Shown: positions 8,555 to 17,825, numbered from the stretch's first letter. The stretch is 32,000 nucleotides of DNA from Aeropyrum pernix K1 (GCF_000011125.1 NC_000854.2:930001-962000); one strand, 5' to 3'. The notes: generated by a model not told the origin, from the letters alone. Program-made: numbers and translations.

Positions 8555-9481
8555 TCAAGAGTGGCCTAGAACTGTGGAGACGTAGAGGGGTAGAAGGAGG
8601 CTGAGCAGCAGCGTGAGCAAGGCACCCTGCACAAAGGCTGGGAGAGCAGCCCTCTCTCCCGAGGATGCTAGTATCACGGGTAGGCCGGTGTCCATCGTGG
8701 TGGCCCCTCCGAACGCCACAGCCTGAATAGGGATCCTCCTTGCTAGTAGGGGGTAGACTACGATATGGAAAGCCTCCCTAAGCATGTTACCCACTAAAGC
8801 AACAGCACCGTAGTAGGGGTCAATGGTATAGAGAAGGGGGCCTGCCAGGGAGTACCAGCCTGACGAGACTCCCATTGCAACACCGGCCTCCAGAGACCAG
8901 CCCAGGACGAAGGCAGCGGCCGCACCGCCTATCACACCGCCCACCAGGCATGAGAGGGCTAAGAGTAGGCCCAGTCTGCCTCCTCTAAGCATTCCCCTAA
9001 GACCGGCAGCACCTCCTACAAGATAGCCAGCCTGGAAGAGGAGGATGTAGAGGAGAAGCGTTGACACTACATCCGGGAACGAACTGCCAGTAAGCCACCC
9101 TGAGGCCAGTCCTGCCAGGAAGAATGCTAGAATCACGGCGGGGCTAGAGTACAAGCTTGAGCCCCCGGCTACCTGACTACCGATACCTACGGACTCTTGG
9201 CTGGAATTCCCTGCCAGGAGGGCCGCCACTGCTACGCTGGCCGCTCCCGGCAGAATAGCAATAAGGATTGAACCGTATAGTATCCCCGCCGCACGCTCTA
9301 AATCGATACTTGAGCCGACACCGGCTCCTATCGTGAAGACCAGCGCCCATACAACGGGATATAGTAAGTGCTCAACAGCCCTGGAGTAAGCCCCTCTCAT
9401 GTAAGCACCAGCCACTACACCCGCTACAGCTGGTACAGCCAGCTCCATAGCCTGCATCCAGAGAATGGATCCCACTACCAC
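8555..9481 (-). CDS. LysO-like lysine exporter family membrane protein (YbjE/DUF340 type)
   Basis: Multi-TM protein with internal GVAMGVSSGWYSLAGPLL...ALVGNMLREAFHIVVYPLLA and GGATTMDTGLPVI, typical of the LysO family. Start may be internal (M at 9448). Confidence 0.8.
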   Translation of the reverse strand: MVVGSILWMQAMELAVPAVAGVVAGAYMRGAYSRAVEHLLYPVVWALVFTIGAGVGSSIDLERAAGILYGSILIAILPGAASVAVAALLAGNSSQESVGIGSQVAGGSSLYSSPAVILAFFLAGLASGWLTGSSFPDVVSTLLLYILLFQAGYLVGGAAGLRGMLRGGRLGLLLALSCLVGGVIGGAAAAFVLGWSLEAGVAMGVSSGWYSLAGPLLYTIDPYYGAVALVGNMLREAFHIVVYPLLARRIPIQAVAFGGATTMDTGLPVILASSGERAALPAFVQGALLTLLLSLLLPLYVSTVLGHS

Positions 9482-9496
9482 CTGCGGGATATAAGC

Positions 9497-10441
9497 GTGA
9501 GTCGAGACAGACTCCCGAAGGTGCCGGGGTTGCCGCTCTACAGGGTCTCAGTCTACGCCTCAGAAAGTGAAGCAGATAGGGTGAGGGAGGTCCTCAAAGG
9601 GGCCAGGCTATACTGGTATGAGTACTCCCTCGTATTCAACGGCGAAACATCTGTGGCTGCGTTCGAGATTTACGCCCCCGAGGAGGCTCTCCAGGACCTC
9701 TTACCCGGGCTCTATAGGGCTATCGACCTGAGGAAGAGGGAGAACGCCTTCTACATAGAGAAGGTGGAGACGGGCGTGGGGGCGTCTAGGAGGGTCCTCT
9801 CGAGGAGGTTCCTTAGGAGTGTTAGGATCCTTAGGGGCAGGCCTCTCGAGGAGGTTCTGGACGAGGCGAACGACAGGTCCTCAGTAGACCTCTTGCAGGC
9901 CCTTCTCGCAGCTATAGCGGGCGTGGTTGCGCTTGCGGGTATAATAACCGGGAGTATGATCCTCCTCGTCGGCGCTATGCTCCTCTCGCCCATACTCTCC
10001 CCCATATACTCAGCAGCTGTGGGTCTATCATTTGGCAGGCTCGAAATAGCTGTGAGAGGCGGATTCTCCCTTCTGATACTAACTTTCTTGGCGCTTGCAT
10101 CATCCACTACCGCGGCGGCTATAGTCTCCGTGTTTCTCCCGGGACCGGATGCGGTACTGGAGGCGGCAAGGCAGGCTTACACCCCCCACTACATAGACTT
10201 GATTATAGGTCTCGCCCTCGGGGCGGCGGTTTCTCTAGCGGCAGTAGCGAGGCTCAACGAACCCCTCATAGGGGTTGCAGTGGCAGCCGCCCTCATACCG
10301 CCTCTTGCAGCCCTGGGGCTGGGTTTAGCGTTTCTCGACTACGAGCTAAGCCTAGGATCTCTGGCAAAAGCTTCTGCCAACATGGCTGGCCTGCTAGCTG
10401 GCTCGACCCTAACGTTTAACATATTAAGGAGGCTACTCTAA
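9497..10441 (+). CDS. DUF389/TIGR00341-type membrane protein
   Basis: DLLQALLAAIAGVVALAGIITGSMILLVGAMLLSPILSPIYSAAVGLSFGR and LIGVAVAAALIPPLAALGLG; GTG 9497 gives VSRDRLPKVPGLPLYRVSV. ORF track starts at 9368. Confidence 0.85.
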   Translation: MSRDRLPKVPGLPLYRVSVYASESEADRVREVLKGARLYWYEYSLVFNGETSVAAFEIYAPEEALQDLLPGLYRAIDLRKRENAFYIEKVETGVGASRRVLSRRFLRSVRILRGRPLEEVLDEANDRSSVDLLQALLAAIAGVVALAGIITGSMILLVGAMLLSPILSPIYSAAVGLSFGRLEIAVRGGFSLLILTFLALASSTTAAAIVSVFLPGPDAVLEAARQAYTPHYIDLIIGLALGAAVSLAAVARLNEPLIGVAVAAALIPPLAALGLGLAFLDYELSLGSLAKASANMAGLLAGSTLTFNILRRLL

Positions 10442-10565
10442 ACACCGCTCCAAAGCCGGGTTTATATGGGGTGAAAGTTTAAAGTCGCTCTCCAATTATT
10501 AATCCGGGAATAGTGCCGCTGTGTAGATTCTCCAGGGGTCTCAGCCGCTGGAGCGTGCCGCAGCG

Positions 10566-11132
10566 GTGGCTCGGGAGGGGTGTCTAGCGTTGAATGTGGA
10601 GTGCAGAGGGAGGAGGGTGAAGTTCGAGGCTAGAATGGAGACACTCCCTAACGGGAGGCAGATTCTTGTTGATAGAGTCGTATTTCCCGACAGCGTGGCT
10701 GTACTGCCTCTTGTAGAGAAGGATGGAGAATGGCACGTAGTCCTTGTGAGGCAGTTTAGACCGTCCATAGGGAAGTGGACGCTGGAGGCCCCTGCTGGCA
10801 CGCTGAAGGAGGGGGAGACGCCTGAGGCAGCGGCGGCCAGAGAGCTTGAAGAGGAGGCTGGGTTAAAAGCCAAGGCCCTGGTCAGGGTAGGGGGTGGCCA
10901 CGTCTCGCCGGGGTACTCCACCGAGTACATCCACCTCTTCCTAGCCTACTCGCTGGAGAAGGGGGAGATGAGCCCTGAGGAGCATGAGGTTATAGAGGGG
11001 GTTGTTGAGATGAGGCTCTCAGAGGCTCTCGAGTCTATCGAGTCCGGGGTTATAGAGGACCTCAAGACCATAGCCCTCGTTATGGCCGCCGCTTCAAGGG
11101 TGCACCAGCTTGAGGCTGGCGGTGGCGTATAG
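10566..11132 (+). CDS. Nudix hydrolase, ADP-ribose pyrophosphatase-like
   Basis: Nudix box GTLKEGETPEAAAARELEEEAGL; VRQFRPSIGKWTLEAPAG. TTG 10590, preceded by GGGAGGGGTG, is an alternative start. Confidence 0.93.
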   Translation: MAREGCLALNVECRGRRVKFEARMETLPNGRQILVDRVVFPDSVAVLPLVEKDGEWHVVLVRQFRPSIGKWTLEAPAGTLKEGETPEAAAARELEEEAGLKAKALVRVGGGHVSPGYSTEYIHLFLAYSLEKGEMSPEEHEVIEGVVEMRLSEALESIESGVIEDLKTIALVMAAASRVHQLEAGGGV

Positions 11133-11949
11133 CACCGGTGATCCTGCTGGCCGGGGGGCTGGCCGGGCCCTAGCCCGCCTCCTGTCCGCGGAACCGACGA
11201 GCTGCCCCGGAGCGGTGGAGTGTTTCAAGGCAGGATACCTAACTATAGCCGGCTTCCCGGTGGAGGCTGTCAGGCTGGAGATGCTGGACGAGGCGCCGGA
11301 CCCCCAAGCTAGCGCGGTCATAGTCCTCTCAAAACACAGGGCTGAGAGCGGGAGGAAGAGCTTGACAGTCCATCATCCAGGAAACCCCACCGAGGACAAC
11401 AGCCTAGGAGGTAGACCTATGGAGCTGGCCGTAGCGTATCCGGCGTTGGCCAAGGCTCTGCTTATATCCCTGGCCAAGGCCTCCCGGGAGACTGGTCTAG
11501 CGGAGAGCTATGAGGTAACGCTGGAGGCGACGCACCACGGCCCCACAACCCCCAGCAAGCCCGTGGTGTTCGCGGAGCTCGGGAGCACTGAGGAGGACTG
11601 GCGAAACCCGCTGGGCTGGGAAACCCTAGCCCTGGCTGTAGAGGAGGCCATCAAAACCCTGCCCCAGATAGAGCGAGAGTGTATACCCGCCGCAGGCTTC
11701 GGTGGCACCCACTACGTGCCTAAACACACTAGGCTCCAGCTGGAGAGCGGATACTGTATAGGCCACACTATACCCCGCTACGCCTTCGACCGCGGCGTCA
11801 CGGCCGAGGTCCTCAAAAACGCCATACTCAAGAGTTATCCAGGCCCGGCTAGGGTGGCTCTAGTTGAGAAGAAGAGCCTGAAATCGCCTCAGAGGAGGAT
11901 GGTGGAGGAGGCGTCCGAGGAAGCGGGGGCGAAGGTAGAATACATCTAG
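11110..11949 (+). CDS. dtdA: D-aminoacyl-tRNA deacylase DTD2 (GEK1/DtdA family)
   Basis: SKHRAESGRKSLTVHHPGNPTEDNSLGG, SYEVTLEATHHGPTTPSKPVVFAELGSTEEDW, AAGFGGTHYVPKHTR; overlaps the Nudix gene. Confidence 0.93.
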   Translation: MRLAVAYSTGDPAGRGAGRALARLLSAEPTSCPGAVECFKAGYLTIAGFPVEAVRLEMLDEAPDPQASAVIVLSKHRAESGRKSLTVHHPGNPTEDNSLGGRPMELAVAYPALAKALLISLAKASRETGLAESYEVTLEATHHGPTTPSKPVVFAELGSTEEDWRNPLGWETLALAVEEAIKTLPQIERECIPAAGFGGTHYVPKHTRLQLESGYCIGHTIPRYAFDRGVTAEVLKNAILKSYPGPARVALVEKKSLKSPQRRMVEEASEEAGAKVEYI

Positions 11950-11975
11950 TTCAAGGCTGGCGGGTTTGTGAAAGA

Positions 11976-12051
11976 TGGTAGCCGGGCCGGGATTCGAACC
12001 CGGGTCACGGGGGCCAAAACCCCGCATCCTGGGCCGCTAGACGACCCGGCT
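11976..12051 (-). tRNA. tRNA-Gln (anticodon TTG), 3' CCA encoded
   Basis: Reverse strand AGCCGGG TC GTC...GAT G CGGGG TTTTGGC CCCCG TGACC CGGGTTCGAATCCCG GCCCGGCT A CCA; 7-bp acceptor, 5-bp anticodon stem CGGGG/CCCCG, loop TTTTGGC, canonical GGTTCGAATCC T-arm. Mature body 11979-12051 (73 nt) plus CCA. Confidence 0.95.
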
Positions 12052-12248
12052 ACTGGCCCGAGAGCCATGTTTACCATAGATATCCTGCCCTAAAGGATAT
12101 TTGGTTTAACACTCCGAGAGGGCAAAACCCGCTGGAGCCCATGGCGTCCTGGCCCATGCTGGTGGTATGGTGGGACGTGTTGGAACGGGTTAACGCGGAG
12201 GGCAAAAATCCAGGGGTGGAGGCTTTTTAGGAGGGATAGTACTATTCT

Positions 12249-14267
12249 CTATCTTCCCTTGAACTTTGGCTTCCTCTTCTCCAGGAACGCTGTGACCCCT
12301 TCTATCACGTCTTCGGTGCTGAAGAGGACGCTGAAGAGGGATGCCTCGAGCTGCAGCCCTGCCCATATGTTGCTTTCTAGGCCGAAGTCTATGGCGTATT
12401 TAGCGGCTGCAAGTGCTATTGGAGGCTTCTCCGCAAGCTTTAAGGCCAGGCTACTTGCTTCCTGCTCGAGCAGCTCTGGGGGCACCACTCTGTTGACTAT
12501 GCCCATCTTCTCAGCATCACTGGCAGGTATCATGTCGCCCGTCATTATCAGCTCTTTGGCCCTGGCGGGGCCGGCGAGCCTCGCAAGCCTCTGAGTCCCG
12601 CCTGCGCCTGGTATGAAGCCCAGGTTTATCTCGGGCTGGCCTAGCATCGCGTCCTCGCTGGCTATCCGTATGTCGCCTGACATCGCCAGCTCCAGGCCGC
12701 CTCCGAGTGCGTAGCCCTTGATAGCAACTATCACTGGCTTAGTGTAGAACTGGATCTTCAGGGTAAGCTCTTGGAACTTCCTTGAGAACCTGAGTATGTC
12801 GATGGGGGTTACCTGGGCGAAGGCTGTAACGTCGGCCCCGGCGCTGAATGCCCTACCCGCGCCCGTCAGTATCACAGCCCTGACGTCGCTCCTCTCCTCA
12901 AGCTCGTCTAGGGCCTGAGACAGCTCCATTATCATCTTGGGGGATATGGCGTTGAGCTTGTCGGGCCTGTTGAGCACTATCCAGGCTATGGGCTTTTCCA
13001 CCCTCACGAGGAGGGTCTCCATCTTCTTCTCCTCGACCTCACCGTACTCGTAGAAGCCCTTGCCAGCCTTCCTCCCTATCCTCCCCTCCTCCACCATCTT
13101 CTTGAGGAGCGGGTCAGGCTCGGCGTGGTCCACCCCGAAATCCCTTTTTATCCTCTCGAGGGCCTCAACGACCCGGTCAAGCCCGAACTCGTCGGCATAC
13201 TCGAAAACGCCTTTTGGCCATCCCAGGCCGAGCTTGACCGCCTTGTCTATATCCTCCCTAGTCGCCACATCTTCCCTAAGCAGCCATGCAGCCTCGTTTA
13301 TGGGCAGAGCCATTAGGAGGAGTGGGTCTACCTTAGCCTCCTCCCTAGGTATGTTAGGCTTCACATACTTGTTCGGGGCGGGGTAGCTGTAGATCCCCTT
13401 GCCCGCCTTGACTCCGTACTCCCCCGCCTTGAACTTCTCCTCGAATATGCTGCACTTAGCGCTCCTGAACCCCCTCCTGCTCATGGCCTCGAAGACATAG
13501 TAGAACACGTCTATCCCGCTGTAGTCGGCGAGCTCGAAAACACCCATCGGCAGGCCTAGTAGGTACTTGGCCGTGGCGTCAACCTGCACCACGGTATACC
13601 CGCCCCTCTCGACCAGAAGGCAGGCAGACTCCATCAGCCGGCCCAGTATCCTGTTTACTATGAACCCCGGCACATCCTTCTTCACAACCACAGTCTGCTT
13701 CCCCATCTTCTTGGCTAGATCCACCGTTGCAGCCACCGTCTCCTCGCTGGTCTTCTCGCCCTTGACAACCTCAACTAGGGGCATCAGGACTGGGGGGTTG
13801 AAGAAGTGCATTCCCACAACCTTCTCGGGCCTGCTAGTCGCCGCGGCTATCTCTGTTATAGGGAGGCTGCTCGTGTTTGAGGCCAGTATCGCTGTCTCCT
13901 TCGCGTGCTTGTCGGCGAAGGCGAAGAGCTGCTGCTTCAGCTCCAGCTTCTCCGGTATCGCCTCTATCATGAAGTCGGACTCCGAAAGCGCCTTCGCCAG
14001 GTCCTCGCTGTACTCGCCATCCCTCACGCTGACTATGGGGGTGATCCTCGACATGACGGTTTCGACAGACTCCCTTATCCTCCCCTTCTCGGCGAGCTTT
14101 TCGAGGCTCCACCTTATCCTCTGGAGGGCGTTGTTCAGGATGTCTATGTTGATGTCGGCCAGGTAGACTTTGAAGCCCGCTATGGCTGCGAGCTCAGCTA
14201 TCCCGTGGCCCATGGTCCCGGCGCCCACAACCGTTATGGTCTTAACTTCCCCTGCCAAGGCTACCAA
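12249..14267 (-). CDS. Bifunctional 3-hydroxyacyl-CoA dehydrogenase / enoyl-CoA hydratase fusion
   Basis: 672 aa; GAGTMGHGIAELAAIAG, MHFFNPPVLMPLVEVVKG, GFIVNRILG, then crotonase domain DVRAVILTGAGRAFSAGADV, GYALGGGLELAMSGDIRIASEDAMLGQPEINLGFIPGAGGTQRLARL. Confidence 0.96.
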   Translation of the reverse strand: MVALAGEVKTITVVGAGTMGHGIAELAAIAGFKVYLADINIDILNNALQRIRWSLEKLAEKGRIRESVETVMSRITPIVSVRDGEYSEDLAKALSESDFMIEAIPEKLELKQQLFAFADKHAKETAILASNTSSLPITEIAAATSRPEKVVGMHFFNPPVLMPLVEVVKGEKTSEETVAATVDLAKKMGKQTVVVKKDVPGFIVNRILGRLMESACLLVERGGYTVVQVDATAKYLLGLPMGVFELADYSGIDVFYYVFEAMSRRGFRSAKCSIFEEKFKAGEYGVKAGKGIYSYPAPNKYVKPNIPREEAKVDPLLLMALPINEAAWLLREDVATREDIDKAVKLGLGWPKGVFEYADEFGLDRVVEALERIKRDFGVDHAEPDPLLKKMVEEGRIGRKAGKGFYEYGEVEEKKMETLLVRVEKPIAWIVLNRPDKLNAISPKMIMELSQALDELEERSDVRAVILTGAGRAFSAGADVTAFAQVTPIDILRFSRKFQELTLKIQFYTKPVIVAIKGYALGGGLELAMSGDIRIASEDAMLGQPEINLGFIPGAGGTQRLARLAGPARAKELIMTGDMIPASDAEKMGIVNRVVPPELLEQEASSLALKLAEKPPIALAAAKYAIDFGLESNIWAGLQLEASLFSVLFSTEDVIEGVTAFLEKRKPKFKGR

Positions 14268-14399
14268 GCCGCCATACTAGAGTTGTTTTTGAGGGTCTAA
14301 ATCCCAACGTATTCCCTTCGACTAAACAGGCCACGGTAAACGTTTTAATAACCCTTAATAGCTCCAGGGGCCTCACTTTAGAATCCGGTGTATCCGGGT

Positions 14400-14666
14400 A
14401 TGAGCAAGTATCTAGACGAGCTGAAGGACATACTCAGGCCGCACCTGGCCAAGTATGGGCTAAAGATACTACCAAGGGGCCAGAGCCAGTTCAGCCTTGT
14501 CAGGGGCAGTGAGATAGTTATGACCGTTAGAGACGCCCAGGAGATCGTAGAGCTCTCATACAAACAGAAGAAGTACTCGTATGACAAGTGGTACACAAAG
14601 CCCGAGCATCTGGCCCAGACCATTCTAAACGTCCTGGAGGCCCAGGAGAAGGAGGTCTCCTCCTAA
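14400..14666 (+). CDS. Small hypothetical protein
   Basis: MSKYLDELKDILRPHLAKYGLKILPRGQSQFSLVRGSEIVMTVRDAQEIVELSYKQKKYSYDKWYTKPEHLAQTILNVLEAQEKEVSS; balanced soluble composition. ORF track starts at 14388. Confidence 0.7.
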   Translation: MSKYLDELKDILRPHLAKYGLKILPRGQSQFSLVRGSEIVMTVRDAQEIVELSYKQKKYSYDKWYTKPEHLAQTILNVLEAQEKEVSS

Positions 14667-14833
14667 GAAGCGGGGAGACAGGAGAACGCGCTCCAGGACT
14701 GCAGGGCAACGGTTTTACCAGGCCTGGCTTACACTGGCGCCTTAATATCCTCTCCTCCTACCCGCTTGGGTAGTATTATCTGGCGGTATGGAGCCTTAGA
14801 GCTATTTCTGCCTGAGCTTAGACCTTATATAGT

Positions 14834-15871
14834 GTGGTGTTCTCAGGCTTGGTAGACTCTCTTGGATTCCACCTCTGGTGCCCCCGTTGCGGTATCAAAC
14901 TCAGAGAGGGGGAGTACAGGCCCTGGTGCCCCCGCTGTAGAGGCCCTCTTGAAGCTGTGGGGCTTCCCCGGCTGCCGCCTGTGCTGGGGGAGGGTTCGAC
15001 GCCCCTCGTGGAGGCTGGTGAGGGGGTCTATGCTAAGCTCGAGTATCTAAACCCGTCGGGCAGCTTCAAGGATAGGGGTGTGGGCTATAGCCTGAGGATG
15101 GCTAGCCTGCTGGGGTATGACTGTGTTGTGGTGGATTCCAGCGGTAACACGGGTTTGAGCACCGCCTTGTACAGCGCCAGGCTGGGCTTGAAGGCCAGGG
15201 TGTATGTTCCCCGCGGTGCTTCGCCGGGTAAGAAGGCGTTGATCAGGGCTACTGGAGCGGAGCTTGTCGAGGCTGAGAGCAGGGAGGAGGCTGCGCGGCT
15301 GGCGGAGGCTGAGGCGGAGAAGTGCTTCCACGTCGCCCACCCAACTAACCCCCTCTTCATCGAGGGTGTGAAGAGCCTTGGAAGGGAACTGGCGGGGGAG
15401 GCGGCAGGCGATACTGATGTGCTTGCCCCGGTCAGCAGCGGCACCCTACTCCTCGGCATCTACAGGGGGCTTGAGGAGGAGAGGGGCCGTTTCAGGCTTG
15501 TTGCCGTCCAGTCGCCCGCAGCCTACTCCCTCAAGGGTCTAGTTCCAGAGCTAGGCTGGGTGGGGGGTGTGGAGGGCAGGCTGCTCGACGCCCTCCTCCT
15601 GGCCAGACCGCCTAGGCTCGAAGAGATGGCCCGCGCGGTGAGGGAGAGTGGTGGTGGCGTTGTGGTTGTGGGCGATGGTGCTATACCCGGCGCGGTGAGG
15701 GAGGCGGTGCAGAGGGGATTCCTCGTTGAGCCTAGCAGCGCAGCCGTCTTCGCGGCGCATGAGGTCCTCAGGGAGAAGAAGTGGCTTTCTGGGAGAAGCC
15801 TCCTGGTGCTGACTGGGAGCGGGTTAAAGTATGCGAGCCTGCTTGAGAAGCTCGCAGCAGAGGCGGCTTAG
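14834..15871 (+). CDS. thrC: Threonine synthase (PLP fold type II)
   Basis: N-terminal CPRCGIKLREGEYRPWCPRC zinc-ribbon, EGSTPLVEA, LEYLNPSGSFKDRGVGYSL PLP lysine motif, VVDSSGNTGLSTALYSARLGL, VLTGSGLK. Confidence 0.88.
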   Translation: MVFSGLVDSLGFHLWCPRCGIKLREGEYRPWCPRCRGPLEAVGLPRLPPVLGEGSTPLVEAGEGVYAKLEYLNPSGSFKDRGVGYSLRMASLLGYDCVVVDSSGNTGLSTALYSARLGLKARVYVPRGASPGKKALIRATGAELVEAESREEAARLAEAEAEKCFHVAHPTNPLFIEGVKSLGRELAGEAAGDTDVLAPVSSGTLLLGIYRGLEEERGRFRLVAVQSPAAYSLKGLVPELGWVGGVEGRLLDALLLARPPRLEEMARAVRESGGGVVVVGDGAIPGAVREAVQRGFLVEPSSAAVFAAHEVLREKKWLSGRSLLVLTGSGLKYASLLEKLAAEAA

Positions 15872-15876
15872 GGAGG

Positions 15877-16548
15877 GTGTGGAGGATGGAGTATCACCCC
15901 TTTGTGCTGAGGGTTAGGGGGGCTAGGGTCCTGGTTGTGGGGGGCGGCGGTGTCGGGGGCAGGCGAGCGGTCCTGCTCGCTTCCAAGGGCGCTAAGGTTA
16001 GAGTGGTATCCCTTGAATTCTCCCAGGAGCTGCTCCGGGCTGCCGAGAGGCTTGGGATCGAGCTTATAGAGGGGGGTTTCGGCGAGGCTAGGAGGCATAT
16101 CCCCTGGGCTTCTATAGTCGTCATAGCAACACCCCATACGGGGGAGGCTGAAGAAATTGCTAGGGAGGCTTTGAAGGCTGGAAAGCTGGTTAACGTTGCA
16201 GCCGACCATAGGCTAGGGAACCTTCTCTTCCCCTTCGCAGGAGAGTCGAAGGGCCTCCTTGTGGGTGTGACTAGCCTTGGAGTCTCAGGCCTCGCCGCTA
16301 GAAGGGCTCTGGAGAAGATAATCGAGCTGCTTGATGGGGATGAGGAGGTAGAGTGTCTTCTAGAGACCCACGGGAGGCTGAAAAGGCTGTTGTTTGAGGT
16401 GGTCGAGGACTCGAGGCTCAGGATGGAGGTCCACACTTCGCTCTGGAATGACGCCGAGTATAGGAGGCTCTGTAGGGAGGGCCGTGTTGAGGAGGCTATG
16501 AGTAGGGCTTTGGAGGTGGCTAGGAGTGTCTCGGGAGCCCGCCTGTAG
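15877..16548 (+). CDS. Precorrin-2 dehydrogenase/sirohydrochlorin synthase (CysG N-terminal/Met8p/SirC family)
   Basis: RVLVVGGGGVGGRRAVLLASKGAKVRVVS, VVIATPHTGEAEEIAREALKAGKLVNVAADHRLGNLLFPF. ATG 15886 (MEYHPFVLR) is an alternative start. Confidence 0.92.
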   Translation: MWRMEYHPFVLRVRGARVLVVGGGGVGGRRAVLLASKGAKVRVVSLEFSQELLRAAERLGIELIEGGFGEARRHIPWASIVVIATPHTGEAEEIAREALKAGKLVNVAADHRLGNLLFPFAGESKGLLVGVTSLGVSGLAARRALEKIIELLDGDEEVECLLETHGRLKRLLFEVVEDSRLRMEVHTSLWNDAEYRRLCREGRVEEAMSRALEVARSVSGARL

Positions 16549-17248
16549 CTACCTCGTGTTAACCCCTAGCGAGGACCTCGCAATAGAGCTGCACAAGCTC
16601 CTGGGGGGGAGCACGTTCTGGATACCGGTTATGGGGTTTAGAGAAGTCGAAGGGTGGCGGAATTCCCTCTTGAGGGCGCTGCGCCGGTGCCCTGTCCTGG
16701 GTATAACCAGCCCCCGCGGGGCCGAGCTGCTTGCTAGGGCCCCGGAGGTCCTCGAGGCTGCGGAGAGGGTGTATGCCGTCGGCCCGCAGACGGCGAGGGT
16801 GCTAGTGGAGATGGCGGGTGTGAAGCCGGTTGTACCCAGCAGTGGTTACAGCGTATCCTCCATGCTTAAGGAGGCGGAGGCTGCTGGTGAGAGGTGTATC
16901 GTGCTGGCGAGGAGCAAGGCTGGCCTGGGCAAGGGTGTTGAGGGGGTTGGGCTCAGGGTCTTGGAGGAGGCTGTGTACGAGCCGGTTATTAGGAGGGAGA
17001 TGCTGGAGGAGGCTGCTAGGCTGAAAGTTGACGTAGCGATACTGACGAGCGGGGAGATAGCGAGGATGTACTGTAGAGCCCTTGAGAAGGGGGGCGGCGG
17101 TGCAGGGGGGTATGTGGCAATAGGAGTATCGACAGCGCTTGCCGCCTCCTCGTGCCCGCCCAGGCCCCTCTGCGTCCCCTCCTCGGCGAGGAGGGAGGAG
17201 CTGGCCCGAGCGGCTCTAGCCCTCTGCAGGCTTCTCAAGAGCGGCTAG
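16526..17248 (+). CDS. hemD: Uroporphyrinogen-III synthase
   Basis: VLGITSPRGAELLA, VYAVGPQTARVLVEMAGVKPVVPSSGYSVSSML, VDVAILTSGEIARMY, YVAIGVSTALAA; overlaps the precorrin-2 dehydrogenase gene. Confidence 0.85.
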   Translation: MSREPACSYLVLTPSEDLAIELHKLLGGSTFWIPVMGFREVEGWRNSLLRALRRCPVLGITSPRGAELLARAPEVLEAAERVYAVGPQTARVLVEMAGVKPVVPSSGYSVSSMLKEAEAAGERCIVLARSKAGLGKGVEGVGLRVLEEAVYEPVIRREMLEEAARLKVDVAILTSGEIARMYCRALEKGGGGAGGYVAIGVSTALAASSCPPRPLCVPSSARREELARAALALCRLLKSG

Positions 17249-17824
17249 CCCTTCTATCCACTCCTCGAGAAGCCCCCCGAGCCAGGATAGGAGGTATGGC
17301 ACTTTTCTCGAAGGCTGGCACGACTCGACCGCCCTGGACGCCCTTCCGGGGAGGAGGCTCGAGGAGGCCATGCACTCTAGACACTTTACATCGCTGATGC
17401 TCACCAGCTCAACCCTCGCGCCGGTGGCGGCGGCCAGTCTCGAAGCTATCTCCCCCAGGTCCTCCCTCTGCTCCTCCTTAAACCTCTTGGCAGGCCAGTA
17501 AACTATACCCACCTCCCTGCACCCTTTGAACGCGGGCGCAAGGGCCCTGGCCGTTAGGCTCGGTGGAATGGGGCCTACGTGCCTGGCACCCGCCTCCCTA
17601 GCTGCCTCGTCCACAGTGTAGAGGTGGCCTCCCCTCGCGGGCAGAAGGCTCACGACAAGGTCGCCCTGGTTGAAGACTCTCCCGCCCATACTCTCAACCT
17701 CCTTGATCTGGACAGTGTCAACCCTTACTCCAAGCTTTCTAGCCAGCCTTGCCGCGAGGTCCTCAACAAGCCTTGCAGACTCGGGGTCGCCGGGCTCGTG
17801 ATATACTAGTACAATCCTACCCAT
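17216..17824 (-). CDS. Divergent CbiX-like (sirohydrochlorin chelatase-like) protein
   Basis: IVLVYHEPGDPESARLVEDLAARLARKLGVRVDTVQI...GDLVVSLLPARGGHLYTVDEAARE resembles the CbiX layout (N-terminal strand, then LF...GGH..DI). 3' end overlaps the hemD end convergently (17216-17248). Confidence 0.5.
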   Translation of the reverse strand: MGRIVLVYHEPGDPESARLVEDLAARLARKLGVRVDTVQIKEVESMGGRVFNQGDLVVSLLPARGGHLYTVDEAAREAGARHVGPIPPSLTARALAPAFKGCREVGIVYWPAKRFKEEQREDLGEIASRLAAATGARVELVSISDVKCLECMASSSLLPGRASRAVESCQPSRKVPYLLSWLGGLLEEWIEGLAALEKPAEG

Positions 17825-17825
17825 G

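Noticed and set aside
10526-10560. CCGCTG...CAGCGG inverted repeat upstream of the Nudix gene
   Set aside because: Short GC-rich arms with a 10-nt spacer are expected often by chance at this base composition; no other supporting signal.
13567-14166. 199-aa plus-strand ORF (and 13125-13316, 13834-14112, 13905-14300)
   Set aside because: Antisense or alternate-frame shadows of the well-supported HCDH/ECH fusion gene; no family motifs.
15894-16436. 180-aa minus-strand ORF within the precorrin-2 dehydrogenase gene
   Set aside because: Ser/Pro-rich shadow; sense frame has the GGGGVGGRRA Rossmann motif.
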